DNA from: a virus
Strand: one strand, 5' to 3'
Virus record (IMG/VR): IMGVR_UViG_3300010885_038456
Coordinates: 3,423-67,422 of that record
Length of the DNA stretch: 64,000 bases
The translations under genes were made by a program, and so were the position numbers. The notes under the pieces are model-generated. The model was not told where the DNA came from. It saw nothing but the letters and a program-made list of their open reading frames with translations, and searched no databases. This document shows, piece after piece, positions 10,423 to 19,960 of the stretch (positions are counted from its first letter, which is position 1; every line of letters starts with the position of its first letter).

Positions 10423-11193
10423 ATGAAAACTTCAATTGCAATAGCTTGTTATTTTTCAGGAAATAGAGATAGAGTTCCTGATGCATATATAAATGATTAT
10501 TTGTATTTTGTTAAAAAGCATGTGGAAGTATTTGAAAAAATTGGTAATCAATTGCACAAAATATACTTAGTTTGTACATATGATGAATTATCAGTTGATA
10601 TGGGATATATATATTCTTATTTTTCTGAATTATTAAAAACGCAATCAAACATTGTAATATTCAATAGACCCAATTTAGGAGGTTCATATGCGGGCTGGCA
10701 AGTTGTTTCCGATTTTGATGAAAATGCTTCCGATTATATTGTATTCACAGAAGATGATTATACTATAATTGACACTTCTATTGATGATATGTTAGAATAT
10801 TATAAAGAAACCCCTGATATGATTTATCTTTGTCAAAGGTGGAGTAATGAAAGATATATGAAAGATGGGTTGGATATCATTGGCCATGCTCAAATGGCAG
10901 GTGGTATGCTAAATGCAAACTTATATAATAAATTAAAAAAAGAAAATAATATAAATTTTACAATATTTACATTTCCTGGAAAAACGGCAATATATAATAA
11001 CCAAGTTTGCTTTTTAGAAGAGTATAGGAAAAATGGTATATTGATTAGGGATATGAAAGAAAAACATGCATGTCTATATTTGACTGATAATGATTCAGTT
11101 ATAAATTTTGGAAATAGAGATGGTAGAGATATATTAATTCCAATTACAAATTGGTATCCAAATGATTGCCCAAACTTACGATATAACTGGTAA
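10423..11193 (+). CDS. putative GT-A glycosyltransferase (paralog of 11734..12462)
   Basis: RPNLGGSY..W and FTEDDY motifs. Confidence 0.6.
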   Translation: MKTSIAIACYFSGNRDRVPDAYINDYLYFVKKHVEVFEKIGNQLHKIYLVCTYDELSVDMGYIYSYFSELLKTQSNIVIFNRPNLGGSYAGWQVVSDFDENASDYIVFTEDDYTIIDTSIDDMLEYYKETPDMIYLCQRWSNERYMKDGLDIIGHAQMAGGMLNANLYNKLKKENNINFTIFTFPGKTAIYNNQVCFLEEYRKNGILIRDMKEKHACLYLTDNDSVINFGNRDGRDILIPITNWYPNDCPNLRYNW

Positions 11194-11687
11194 TGAACTT
11201 AACTTTTGTAAAAATAACAAGAAATGATTTGGAATTTGTAAATAGGGTGCGTAATGAATACGCATCCGAATATTTACATAATAGTCAAACATATTCATTG
11301 GAAGAAACATACGATTGGTTTAAAAAAACTAATCCAGATTTTTGGATAATATGGGATTTAGATAATGAGATGCGAGTTGGGTATTTCAGAGTATCAAATC
11401 ACTCAATTCAGAATAAAAACATATACATTGGCGCGGATATTGCGCCTGAGTATAAATCTAAAGGGTACGGTAAAGTAGCTTACCGTATCTTTATACCATA
11501 TTTATTTGAACAATATGATTTACACAAAATAACACTTGAGGTTCTTTCTACAAATACATTGGCTAAAAGTATATATGAGAAATTGGGATTTGTAATCGAT
11601 GGTATAAAAAGAGATGATGTATATAAAAATGGAAAGTATGTCGATTCGGTTATAATGTCAATTATAAAATCAGAATATAAAAAATAA
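11193..11687 (+). CDS. GNAT N-acyltransferase (PseH-like)
   Basis: KSKGYG; LHKITLEVLSTN...YEKLGF..DG.KR. Confidence 0.85.
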   Translation: MNLTFVKITRNDLEFVNRVRNEYASEYLHNSQTYSLEETYDWFKKTNPDFWIIWDLDNEMRVGYFRVSNHSIQNKNIYIGADIAPEYKSKGYGKVAYRIFIPYLFEQYDLHKITLEVLSTNTLAKSIYEKLGFVIDGIKRDDVYKNGKYVDSVIMSIIKSEYKK

Positions 11688-11696
11688 TAATAAAAA

Positions 11697-11728
11697 TTTG
11701 GAAAATTCAAAAAAATAACTTAAATTTG
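11697..11728 (+). promoter_or_regulatory. Bacteroidota-type sigma promoter (-33 TTTG / -7 TAAATTTG)
   Basis: TTTG-N20-TAnnTTTG just upstream of the ATG at 11734. Confidence 0.65.
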
Positions 11729-11733
11729 TAAAG

Positions 11734-12462
11734 ATGAAAATTGGATACGTTATAGCTGCATACTTTGGGAAAAGAGATAATTGTAATGATGGGTATTACC
11801 ATGATTTTTTATTTTATATAAAAACTCATTTAGATTTGATAAACAAATTTAAATTAGATATTCATAAGATATATGTAGTTTGCACATCCGACTTAGGAGA
11901 AGCTACTATGGTACATGCAACCAACTATCTACAACATCTACAAAATATAGATGATAGAGTATCAGTAATCCATCGTGAAAATACCGGTGGTTCGTATTGT
12001 TCGTGGAAAGCGGCTTTGGATGCTGATAATAATGAATGTGATTATATGTTATTATTGGAAGATGATTACACAATTGCATCTGAAAAATCTATTGAATATG
12101 CTTTAGAATATTGGGAAGAACATACCGATTTACTATACCTATGCATGATGTGGACAGATGTACCATATCAGGGAATACCAAATCACGCCGCTATTTCTCC
12201 AGGTATTATAAATAATAAACTATACAATAAACTTAGAACTGAAAACAACATAGATTTTACGTTGGAGTATGGAGTGGGTAAGGATAATATGTTTAAGAAT
12301 CAGGCAACTTTTTTAGAAGATTTCCGATTATGTGGTTCACTTATTATGGATATAAGAGAAAAATATAGTTCACTGTTCAATGGTGACAAGGAGTTAGTTA
12401 TAGAATATGGTAATCCAAATGGTGAATGTATCTTCATACCGATTGCCGATAAATTTTTTTAG
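11734..12462 (+). CDS. putative GT-A glycosyltransferase (paralog of 10423..11193)
   Basis: RENTGGSYCSW and LLEDDY motifs. Confidence 0.6.
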   Translation: MKIGYVIAAYFGKRDNCNDGYYHDFLFYIKTHLDLINKFKLDIHKIYVVCTSDLGEATMVHATNYLQHLQNIDDRVSVIHRENTGGSYCSWKAALDADNNECDYMLLLEDDYTIASEKSIEYALEYWEEHTDLLYLCMMWTDVPYQGIPNHAAISPGIINNKLYNKLRTENNIDFTLEYGVGKDNMFKNQATFLEDFRLCGSLIMDIREKYSSLFNGDKELVIEYGNPNGECIFIPIADKFF

Positions 12463-12463
12463 T

Positions 12464-13228
12464 ATGAGTAAATTAATAAGTGGTTACCTTTGGGCATTTA
12501 GAAACTATGAGAGTGGTAAGATGTCTGTAAATAGTTTGAGAAAGTTCTATCCGGACTCTGATATTTTTATAAATGTGGATTTCGAAGGAGATATCACAAA
12601 TTATACCAATGTTTGTGATGAGATTAATGCTACGGTTAGTAGAAACAATTTTCAGTTAGGATATTGTGGTAACTTTGGTGGTAGGGAATTTGGTTATGAA
12701 TGTTGGTCAAAAGAAAGCACATTCGAATGGTTGCGTGGTATATATGATGCATGTAATAAAACAGATTCCAAATATATGATGTTACTGGAAGAGGATGATT
12801 TTGTATTAAGGAATATATCAATACTGGATACGGATTTCTCTATGGCAATACATCCGACTGCACCATCACCAACTGGTAGAATGAGACCTAATTTTATACC
12901 TGAGCAATTTATTTCATATGTAAGTACGTTTGGTGGTAATCCGATAGTAAACGGATACGCATCGGGTGGAGGAACTATCTTTAACAGAGTTGAATTTATC
13001 GATGCATGGAATAGATGCAAAGCATCACTTTGGAAAGATTACGATGATTTAAAAAAGATAAATAAGATAATAGGTTGGGCAGATTTTATACTACAATTTG
13101 TAATGATGTTGGGTGGGTATAAAATAATTCAGAATGATAACCTATGTGAACATTGGGAAGTTGAAGATAGTTGGATTAATTTTGAAGTAGTTACGGGGTT
13201 TAAAGACCATGCATTAATAAAGTTATAA
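12464..13228 (+). CDS. putative GT-A glycosyltransferase
   Basis: SLRKFYPDSDI, MMLLEEDD; ATG at 12464 (MSKLIS) is the likely start. Confidence 0.6.
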   Translation: MSKLISGYLWAFRNYESGKMSVNSLRKFYPDSDIFINVDFEGDITNYTNVCDEINATVSRNNFQLGYCGNFGGREFGYECWSKESTFEWLRGIYDACNKTDSKYMMLLEEDDFVLRNISILDTDFSMAIHPTAPSPTGRMRPNFIPEQFISYVSTFGGNPIVNGYASGGGTIFNRVEFIDAWNRCKASLWKDYDDLKKINKIIGWADFILQFVMMLGGYKIIQNDNLCEHWEVEDSWINFEVVTGFKDHALIKL

Positions 13229-13229
13229 T

Positions 13230-14021
13230 ATGAAATACACAATAGTAGGTTGTATAACCAAATACGGAGTAGATGATATCAGACCATATGTAGAGTCGAT
13301 TAAACAGAGTGGGTTCACAGGTGAGAAGCTTATGCTGGTCTATGAGGTTTCTAATGAAGTAGTTGACTATCTGAATGTTAATGGTTGGAAATTAATCCAA
13401 TCTGAACCATTTGAGCACATCATATTACAAAGATTCAAAGATATGTATATGATATTACATCAATACGAAACCGATGTGATAATTTGGACAGATGTAAAGG
13501 ATGTTGTATTTCAAAAAGACCCAATTGATTGGCTTAATAAAAATATGACAGGAGATATATTGGCATTTTCCGAATGTGTAGTTATGAAGAACGAACCATG
13601 GGCTTGTGTAAATAGTGGGACTAGTTTTCCGATGGAGTGGGAATGGTTAAAGAATGAAATTAGTTATTGCGCAGGAACATTGGTTGGTAAGAAAGATGCA
13701 CTTAGAGATTTATTCATTGAGATATATAGATGGGCAAAAACAACAGATAACCCACAGCAACTATCCGACCAAGCTGCAATGAATGTTCTAATACATTTAG
13801 ACCATTTTAAACATTCTGTACAGTTCGTAGAGCAAGAAGCAGGATTTGCGACTCAATTAGGAACTGTATTGATAAAAGCAAATGAAATACCACTAACAGA
13901 ACCAACACCAAAATATGTAGATGGTAAGTTCTACACAAATAATAATGAAGAGTTTGTAGTGGTACATCAATATGATAGGAATCCTACCATAAAATCGCAG
14001 ATATTAGAAAAATATAAGTAG
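13230..14021 (+). CDS. putative GT-A glycosyltransferase
   Basis: WTDVKDVVFQKDP, SDQAAMN, VHQYDR motifs. Confidence 0.65.
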   Translation: MKYTIVGCITKYGVDDIRPYVESIKQSGFTGEKLMLVYEVSNEVVDYLNVNGWKLIQSEPFEHIILQRFKDMYMILHQYETDVIIWTDVKDVVFQKDPIDWLNKNMTGDILAFSECVVMKNEPWACVNSGTSFPMEWEWLKNEISYCAGTLVGKKDALRDLFIEIYRWAKTTDNPQQLSDQAAMNVLIHLDHFKHSVQFVEQEAGFATQLGTVLIKANEIPLTEPTPKYVDGKFYTNNNEEFVVVHQYDRNPTIKSQILEKYK

Positions 14022-14024
14022 GTT

Positions 14025-14513
14025 ATGATTATAGGTAACGGTGATATAGGTTCTATCTTAAATGATAGGGATGGTGCAATCTTTTTTGCAGCGGGAGTAT
14101 CTAATAGCTCGGAAACACGTGAATCTGAATTTCAAAGGGAGATAGAACTATTGAATGTACAAGATAGAAGTAAGTGTTTGTTTTATTTCAGTTCGATTGT
14201 ATTAGATATTAAAGATAATGGATATAGTAGATATCGTGAACATAAGAGAAGTATGGAATCTTTGGTTAAAACTAACTTCGAAAATCACAATATTATTCGA
14301 ATCGGTAATATAGCATGGGGAGTAAATCCACATACCGTAATAAACTACATTAGAAATAAAATGAAATTGAAAGAGCCGGTTGAAATACGAGATGAATATC
14401 GGTTTGTAATAGATAAGAAAGAACTACTTCTATTAACAGATAATTTACCATTAGTAGGGCAGAATCAAATAAGTGTATTTGGTAAGATGGTAAAAGTAAA
14501 GGATTTAATTTAA
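14025..14513 (+). CDS. NAD-dependent epimerase/dehydratase-like protein (short)
   Basis: MIIGNGDIG, FFAAGVSNS, YFSS, Y..HK..ME. Confidence 0.7.
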   Translation: MIIGNGDIGSILNDRDGAIFFAAGVSNSSETRESEFQREIELLNVQDRSKCLFYFSSIVLDIKDNGYSRYREHKRSMESLVKTNFENHNIIRIGNIAWGVNPHTVINYIRNKMKLKEPVEIRDEYRFVIDKKELLLLTDNLPLVGQNQISVFGKMVKVKDLI

Positions 14514-14518
14514 TAAGC

Positions 14519-15424
14519 ATGTTAGAAATTGTAATATGGATATCACCGACTGATTTGAATGATTTGGAAAAATCACTACACAGATTAGGTATCGGTCAGA
14601 AACTATTATCAGATAAGCAACGTTCACAGATACGGTTTAATATCGTAATGGGTGTATCGGATGAGATTATAGATTGGAGTAAGAGTACTGTAAGTAAAGA
14701 ACAATGTATAGATGAGTTTCAGGCATTGAAACCACTAACAGATTGGGCAGGGGTAAGTGAGTTCATATCATCTACTGAGATTAGTGGGTGTACATCTATG
14801 CGTAGAATATCATCATATAGTGATTCTAAATGGTATTTGTGGTTAGATACCGATATAGTGTATGACCCAAAAACATTAGTATATATGTTACACTCAATAG
14901 AATCAGTTGAATCGGCTGGATATTCTAAGTTTGTAATATCACCTGAGATAGTAAGACAGTGGGATGAGACCTGGGATTGTTTAGTAAATGAAAGATTTAT
15001 AGCAAAACCAATCGGATACCAAGCTACAAATAACCCATATATTGATACTATAATAGATTCTGAGTCTGAAATGGAACTGGAGGTAGTTCATAATAGAAAT
15101 CCAATAGATTGGCCATTTATGAAGTTTGGTGGTGGGTGGTTTACGCTTATATCAAAACCATTATTAGATGCTGCACAATTTCCTAAGAACTATGGTCACT
15201 ATGGACTGGATGATACCTATGTAATGTGGGCTGCACAAATACTAAATGACCCGATGATACTGCAATTCAAAATTAGAAATGTAATAGTGTGTGAGAACTA
15301 TTTCGATAGAATAACCACACATAAGGATAAGATTTCGTTCATAGATAGAAGAGAAGAATACCTAAAGCAAAATGAAGAATTGTTTACAATTGGACTGAAT
15401 GAGTTAATAAAATCCAATTCGTAA
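14519..15424 (+). CDS. putative GT-A glycosyltransferase
   Basis: YLWLDTDI (DxD), KFGGGWFTLIS, YGLDD. Confidence 0.65.
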   Translation: MLEIVIWISPTDLNDLEKSLHRLGIGQKLLSDKQRSQIRFNIVMGVSDEIIDWSKSTVSKEQCIDEFQALKPLTDWAGVSEFISSTEISGCTSMRRISSYSDSKWYLWLDTDIVYDPKTLVYMLHSIESVESAGYSKFVISPEIVRQWDETWDCLVNERFIAKPIGYQATNNPYIDTIIDSESEMELEVVHNRNPIDWPFMKFGGGWFTLISKPLLDAAQFPKNYGHYGLDDTYVMWAAQILNDPMILQFKIRNVIVCENYFDRITTHKDKISFIDRREEYLKQNEELFTIGLNELIKSNS

Positions 15425-15477
15425 TATATTTTAATTAAAAGTTTGATATTTATAGCAGTATATACAACTCATTTATT

Positions 15478-15912
15478 ATGAAATTTGAAGTAACAAACCC
15501 TAAAATTTGGAAACGATTAGCAGAAACGAATCTGCCAATGGCTCATAAAGTTAAGATTTATGAGAAACTCGGTGGAGCATATAGAATGGGTGAAGATGGT
15601 GGAGAGCAGGTATTCAATAAAATGACCGAACTGGTTAAGTATAAGAATTCACTTGCAGAAGGTAAGCAGATTGCTAAAGATAAGTATGTAGTTCAAACCG
15701 ATGGTAACTATGTTGTGGTAACCTATAATGGTATAAAAATTGGATATGGTGAATTTGATGCACCATCTCAATCATATTGGATAAAATTTGATGGAGTTCT
15801 ACAACAACACTCATTTAACGCATTAGAAGATATTATAGATTACGCAATCGCATATCATATAGATAAACCATATAATATACAGCAGGAACAACGTAATAGA
15901 CGAGTTAAATAA
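15478..15912 (+). CDS. hypothetical protein
   Basis: 144 aa ORF downstream of a GATATTTATA motif. Confidence 0.75.
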   Translation: MKFEVTNPKIWKRLAETNLPMAHKVKIYEKLGGAYRMGEDGGEQVFNKMTELVKYKNSLAEGKQIAKDKYVVQTDGNYVVVTYNGIKIGYGEFDAPSQSYWIKFDGVLQQHSFNALEDIIDYAIAYHIDKPYNIQQEQRNRRVK

Positions 15913-15950
15913 AACCAATCGTTATAACTACCTAACCCTAACTACAACAA

Positions 15951-16262
15951 ATGGAAAATTTATATGGAGTCATTGTAACGCTTATAACCGTAATAGGAGG
16001 TTCTACTGCATTTTCTTATTATGAAAGACGAGCTAACAGAAGGCATCGAGACGATGAATACATTAGAGTTGATTATAGTAAACGAATTGCTAAATTAGAA
16101 TCCTTATTACTAACGGCAGGAAAAGAGAAAGATGATTTAAGAGCACTCGTATTATCATTAACAAGTCAAGTTGCAGAACTTAGAGTTAAAGTTGAGTTCT
16201 TAACTGACGAAAATGGAAAGTTAACAAGAGCAACAAAAAAGAAACAGATATTAAATGATTAG
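15951..16262 (+). CDS. membrane-anchored coiled-coil protein
   Basis: N-terminal TM helix followed by heptad-rich segment. Confidence 0.7.
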   Translation: MENLYGVIVTLITVIGGSTAFSYYERRANRRHRDDEYIRVDYSKRIAKLESLLLTAGKEKDDLRALVLSLTSQVAELRVKVEFLTDENGKLTRATKKKQILND

Positions 16263-16932
16263 CAATTTTACATCAGGAATTTGGGAAGGTATGAAGGTTG
16301 AGTTTGGGAAGATATACGGAAACCCAGCAGTAAACGCATTCACACCATTATTCGAATTAAATAGTGAACGTAAGTTGCGTGTGTTTGACTTTGATGATAC
16401 ACTTGTCAAAACCAGTTCAAACATATATATTACACATAAGGATGGTAAGAAATCAACACTTACTCCTGGTGAATACGCAGTTTATACACCAAAGGTTGGG
16501 GATACGTTTGATTTCTCAGATTTCAACCAAGTAAGACAACCACAAGAAATAAAAGGAGTTACAAAGTTACTGAAAACATTTGCAAGTGCCGAAGGAGAAA
16601 GAACAATAGTTATTCTTACTGCACGTTCGGCATATAAGCCGGTTAAGGATTACTTACGTGATATTGGATTAGATGGTATCTACGTTGAAGCGCTTGCTGA
16701 TAATAATCCACAAAAGAAAGCAGATTGGATAGAAGACCAAATCAAACGTGGTTTTAATGATGTGTTCTTTATTGATGATTCACAAAAGAATGTATCTGCG
16801 GTAGGTGGATTAAAGAAGAAATACCCAAATGTTAAGTTTCAAGTAAGACGAGTTAAACACGATATACCAAATGCACCCAAACAGGTATCGGAACATTCAT
16901 TACAATTAACTACCCTAATACCAAAGAAATAA
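16255..16932 (+). CDS. HAD-superfamily phosphatase
   Basis: VFDFDDTL (motif I), ILTAR (II), K (III), FIDDS..N (IV). Confidence 0.85.
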   Translation: MISNFTSGIWEGMKVEFGKIYGNPAVNAFTPLFELNSERKLRVFDFDDTLVKTSSNIYITHKDGKKSTLTPGEYAVYTPKVGDTFDFSDFNQVRQPQEIKGVTKLLKTFASAEGERTIVILTARSAYKPVKDYLRDIGLDGIYVEALADNNPQKKADWIEDQIKRGFNDVFFIDDSQKNVSAVGGLKKKYPNVKFQVRRVKHDIPNAPKQVSEHSLQLTTLIPKK

Positions 16933-16941
16933 TAAATTATA

Positions 16942-16973
16942 TTTGGAAAATCCAAATATTTTAGTTATATTTG
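16942..16973 (+). promoter_or_regulatory. Bacteroidota-type sigma promoter
   Basis: TTTG-N20-TATATTTG upstream of cysC. Confidence 0.7.
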
Positions 16974-16998
16974 ACAAACAGTTATAAATTATTCATAG

Positions 16999-17448
16999 AT
17001 GGCAGTATTCCTATTAACAGGACAACCAGGTAGTGGCAAAACTACCATTGGTAAACGATTACAATTTTGGTTACAGACTGATAAAAAGAATTGGAGAAAA
17101 TCAGTATTTCACATCGATGGGGATGATTTACGAAAGGTATTTCCAAACGATGATTATTCCAAAGTAGGTAGAGAACAGAATATGGAGTTGGCATTTAATA
17201 CTGCTAAGTATCTAAACTCGTGCGGTAATGATGTAGTTATATCATTAGTAGCACCTTATAGAGAGTTACGGGATAAGTTTAAAGCAGATTGTAAGGTACA
17301 AGAGATATATTGTCACACTAAACGTAATAGAGGTAAAGAATCATTCTTTGCTATGGATTACGAAACACCACAATCATTCTTTATAGATTTAGATACTTCG
17401 GAATCAATTGATGAAACATTTGGTAAATTGATGAAACTAATTGTATAA
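16999..17448 (+). CDS. cysC: adenylyl-sulfate (APS) kinase
   Basis: LTGQPGSGKTT, IDGDDLR, DYSKVGR..N, SLVAPY...R, YETP. Confidence 0.85.
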   Translation: MAVFLLTGQPGSGKTTIGKRLQFWLQTDKKNWRKSVFHIDGDDLRKVFPNDDYSKVGREQNMELAFNTAKYLNSCGNDVVISLVAPYRELRDKFKADCKVQEIYCHTKRNRGKESFFAMDYETPQSFFIDLDTSESIDETFGKLMKLIV

Positions 17449-17451
17449 AGT

Positions 17452-18024
17452 ATGGAAGAAATAAATGATGAACAATACTTTCCAAATATACAGGAACGTA
17501 TTACAAAAAGAGGGCTTGGGTTTAAACCTATCTTAGAATCACAGATTCGTGCAGCACAAGATAAAGCCAAATCGGCAGCAGAAGCAGCTAGAATGTTAAA
17601 TGTATCGTATAACACATACAAAAAGTATGCTACCTTATATGGTATATTCGAAGACTTATTAAATCCATCGTGTAAGGGTATCGTTCGTAAGACAAATTAT
17701 CATAATCGCAAGTTTGATGTTGAAGATTTGGCGAATGGGAAGTATATGAAGTATCCGATGTATAAGTTTAAGAATAAGTTATTCAATAGTGGTATTATTC
17801 CAAAGATATGTAGTAGTTGCGAATTTAGTGAAGAACGTATTACAGATGGTAAATCACCACTACTGATTGATTTCATTGATGGGAACTTAAATAACAGAAA
17901 CATAGAGAATATAAGACCATTATGTTACAATTGTTTCTTTCTATTAGTTGGTGAAAGAAATGTAAAACATTGGTATGCTGAGCATGGTTATCCAGATGAA
18001 GCAGAATCATTAAAAAATCAATAA
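17452..18024 (+). CDS. HTH plus degenerate HNH-like zinc-binding protein
   Basis: SAAEAARMLNVSYNTYKKY helix-turn-helix; CSSC...IDFIDGNLNN...ENIRPLCYNC. Confidence 0.65.
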   Translation: MEEINDEQYFPNIQERITKRGLGFKPILESQIRAAQDKAKSAAEAARMLNVSYNTYKKYATLYGIFEDLLNPSCKGIVRKTNYHNRKFDVEDLANGKYMKYPMYKFKNKLFNSGIIPKICSSCEFSEERITDGKSPLLIDFIDGNLNNRNIENIRPLCYNCFFLLVGERNVKHWYAEHGYPDEAESLKNQ

Positions 18025-18025
18025 A

Positions 18026-18238
18026 ATGGCAGTAAAAACATCCAAAGAATCGGAAAAGGTTACAAAGTTTCAATACATCTTTAAAGATGATGATTGTATT
18101 TCAATTTGGAAATATGACCTTAGTAAAACTAAAGGTGGGCCTGTTTCGGTAGAGAATCGATATACAGCAAGTCACAATAAGATGATGGAAGAATTGCGTA
18201 TTGCAAAAAGAAAGAAAAGAAAAACGGCTAAATCGTAG
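18026..18238 (+). CDS. hypothetical protein
   Basis: 70 aa ORF in operon, basic C-terminus. Confidence 0.7.
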   Translation: MAVKTSKESEKVTKFQYIFKDDDCISIWKYDLSKTKGGPVSVENRYTASHNKMMEELRIAKRKKRKTAKS

Positions 18239-18292
18239 GTAATTACGATTATTTTCCGTATATTTGTTTATTATTAATTAAAATTAGAAATC

Positions 18293-18463
18293 ATGAGTAA
18301 AAAAGAAGAAACGTTCGCAACCTTAAAAGGTCTATGGACTAAGTTTGAAGAAGAGCACAACAAAGCAACAAAAACATCACAGAAAAACGCAAGAGGTTTA
18401 ATCGGTGATATTAAGAAGTTGGTTACAGAGTATCGTGCAGCATCAGTAGAAGAATCTAAGTAA
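18293..18463 (+). CDS. small helical protein, histone H1-like Hc1 family candidate (not in ORF track)
   Basis: MSKKEETFATLKGLWTKFEEEHNKATKTSQKNARGLIGDIKKLVTEYRAASVEESK; preceded by a TATATTTG -7 box. Confidence 0.65.
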   Translation: MSKKEETFATLKGLWTKFEEEHNKATKTSQKNARGLIGDIKKLVTEYRAASVEESK

Positions 18464-18485
18464 ATCATTAAAAACAGAAAAGGTT

Positions 18486-18692
18486 ATGGCAAAGTATTAT
18501 TCAGTTACGGTTTCAGTTGAAATCGAAGATGCAAAAGGAAAGATTAAAAAACAAAAAGAAAACTACTTAGTGGATGCATTAAGTGTTACGGAAGCAGAAG
18601 CAAAGTTAGTGAAGAAATTCGTTAACGAAGCAGTTCAGCTAGAATATGAAGTAGTTAAAGTTTCTGAAACTCGTATACTGGAGGTATTCTAA
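18486..18692 (+). CDS. DUF4494-like protein
   Basis: GKIKKQKENYLVDALSVTEAEAK motif of a Bacteroidota-typical family. Confidence 0.75.
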   Translation: MAKYYSVTVSVEIEDAKGKIKKQKENYLVDALSVTEAEAKLVKKFVNEAVQLEYEVVKVSETRILEVF

Positions 18693-18694
18693 CT

Positions 18695-18946
18695 ATGACA
18701 ACGGAACTCAAAGAACAGAGAACCGCAGTTCTTAAACGAGTCCCACCTGGAGATAGATGGACATTTGCGAACCCTGCAAAGGGAACGCAAGTGTTCCAAT
18801 CTCTTACAGATGCATTGGAAGGGTGGTATCAACTTACAGATGAAACACAATTCTTTATGGATGCCAGAAATGGTATCGTTGAAACTATCGAAATGGAAGA
18901 AGTTGAAAGACCCGTAAAACGTTTTTCTTTATATGGTGAAGAATAA
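18695..18946 (+). CDS. hypothetical phage protein
   Basis: 83 aa ORF, RVPPGDRW motif. Confidence 0.7.
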   Translation: MTTELKEQRTAVLKRVPPGDRWTFANPAKGTQVFQSLTDALEGWYQLTDETQFFMDARNGIVETIEMEEVERPVKRFSLYGEE

Positions 18947-19172
18947 TCTTATAGAATTAATCGAACAATACATTAGTAGGTATTGTGTAGAGATACAAGA
19001 AAACGAAACCGAAGAATATGTTAAGACAAAACTTCGAAGACATTCTATTATAGAAAGATATAAAGTGAAATACTACATTCCAGATTGGGATTTAGAATAC
19101 ACCGTAGATGATGATATGATGCGTGAATTATTAATGTTTAGATATAAAATAAAAGACACTAACAAAATATGA
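18933..19172 (+). CDS. hypothetical protein
   Basis: 79 aa ORF overlapping both neighbours in operon fashion. Confidence 0.6.
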   Translation: MVKNNLIELIEQYISRYCVEIQENETEEYVKTKLRRHSIIERYKVKYYIPDWDLEYTVDDDMMRELLMFRYKIKDTNKI

Positions 19173-19603
19173 AATCGAATACTCAAACATTAGTTATTGC
19201 AAGTGGATATTTCAACCCATTACATATGGGGCATATTGAATATTTAGAACGTAGTAAAGAATTAGGAGATAAGCTGATAGTAATAGTGAACTCAGACCAC
19301 CAAATAAAATTGAAAGGTTCAAAAGAGTTTCAGAATGAGTTGGAACGTTTATTGATAATCAATAGTTTGAGATGTGTAGATTACGCAGTATTATCAATTG
19401 ATACCGATAGAAGTGTTAATAAAACGATTGAACTCCTAAAGGAAAAGAATTCGGAGATGGAAACAATTCTATTCGCAAATGGTGGAGACCAAACATTGGA
19501 AACCATTTTAGAAAGAGAAACTTGCGAAAGATTGGGTATACAATTAGTAGATAGTTTAGGTGAAAAGATACAATCATCATCGTGGTTAAAGGATAAGCAA
19601 TGA
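19169..19603 (+). CDS. cytidylyltransferase-like nucleotidyltransferase (HxGH family)
   Basis: SGYFNPLHMGH, LIVIVNSD, FANGGD, QSSS. Confidence 0.88.
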   Translation: MKSNTQTLVIASGYFNPLHMGHIEYLERSKELGDKLIVIVNSDHQIKLKGSKEFQNELERLLIINSLRCVDYAVLSIDTDRSVNKTIELLKEKNSEMETILFANGGDQTLETILERETCERLGIQLVDSLGEKIQSSSWLKDKQ

Positions 19604-19908
19604 CTCATATAATTGGTTCAGCTTGTATAGATTGTGTAGATGGTGGATGTTTAGCAGTTTGTCCAGTAGATTGTATTCATGGACCAATTAACCCAACTGG
19701 TAAATCAGCTGAGTTGGCAGGTATGAGTGAAGATGAAAAGCGAGGGATGCAGTTATACATAAACCCAAAGACATGTATCAATTGTGCAGCATGTATACCA
19801 GAATGTCCCGTAGATGCAATATACTCAACAGAAGCAAAAGCCATTGCTAATGGTGAGTTAAACGCAGTTAATGCAAATTATGAGTTTTTCGGACTTAAAT
19901 TTAATTAA
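19600..19908 (+). CDS. 4Fe-4S/7Fe ferredoxin
   Basis: CIDCVDGGCLAVCPVDC and CINCAACIPECPVDAI. Confidence 0.9.
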   Translation: MTHIIGSACIDCVDGGCLAVCPVDCIHGPINPTGKSAELAGMSEDEKRGMQLYINPKTCINCAACIPECPVDAIYSTEAKAIANGELNAVNANYEFFGLKFN

Positions 19909-19960
19909 AAACTTTTTATATTTATATTTAAAAACAAACAATTATTAAAACAATTAAATT

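Noticed and set aside
1-15424. Bacterial chromosomal O-antigen or capsule locus
   Set aside because: No wzx/wzy/wzz or ABC exporter; contiguous with endolysin, homing endonuclease and phage-type small ORFs on one strand
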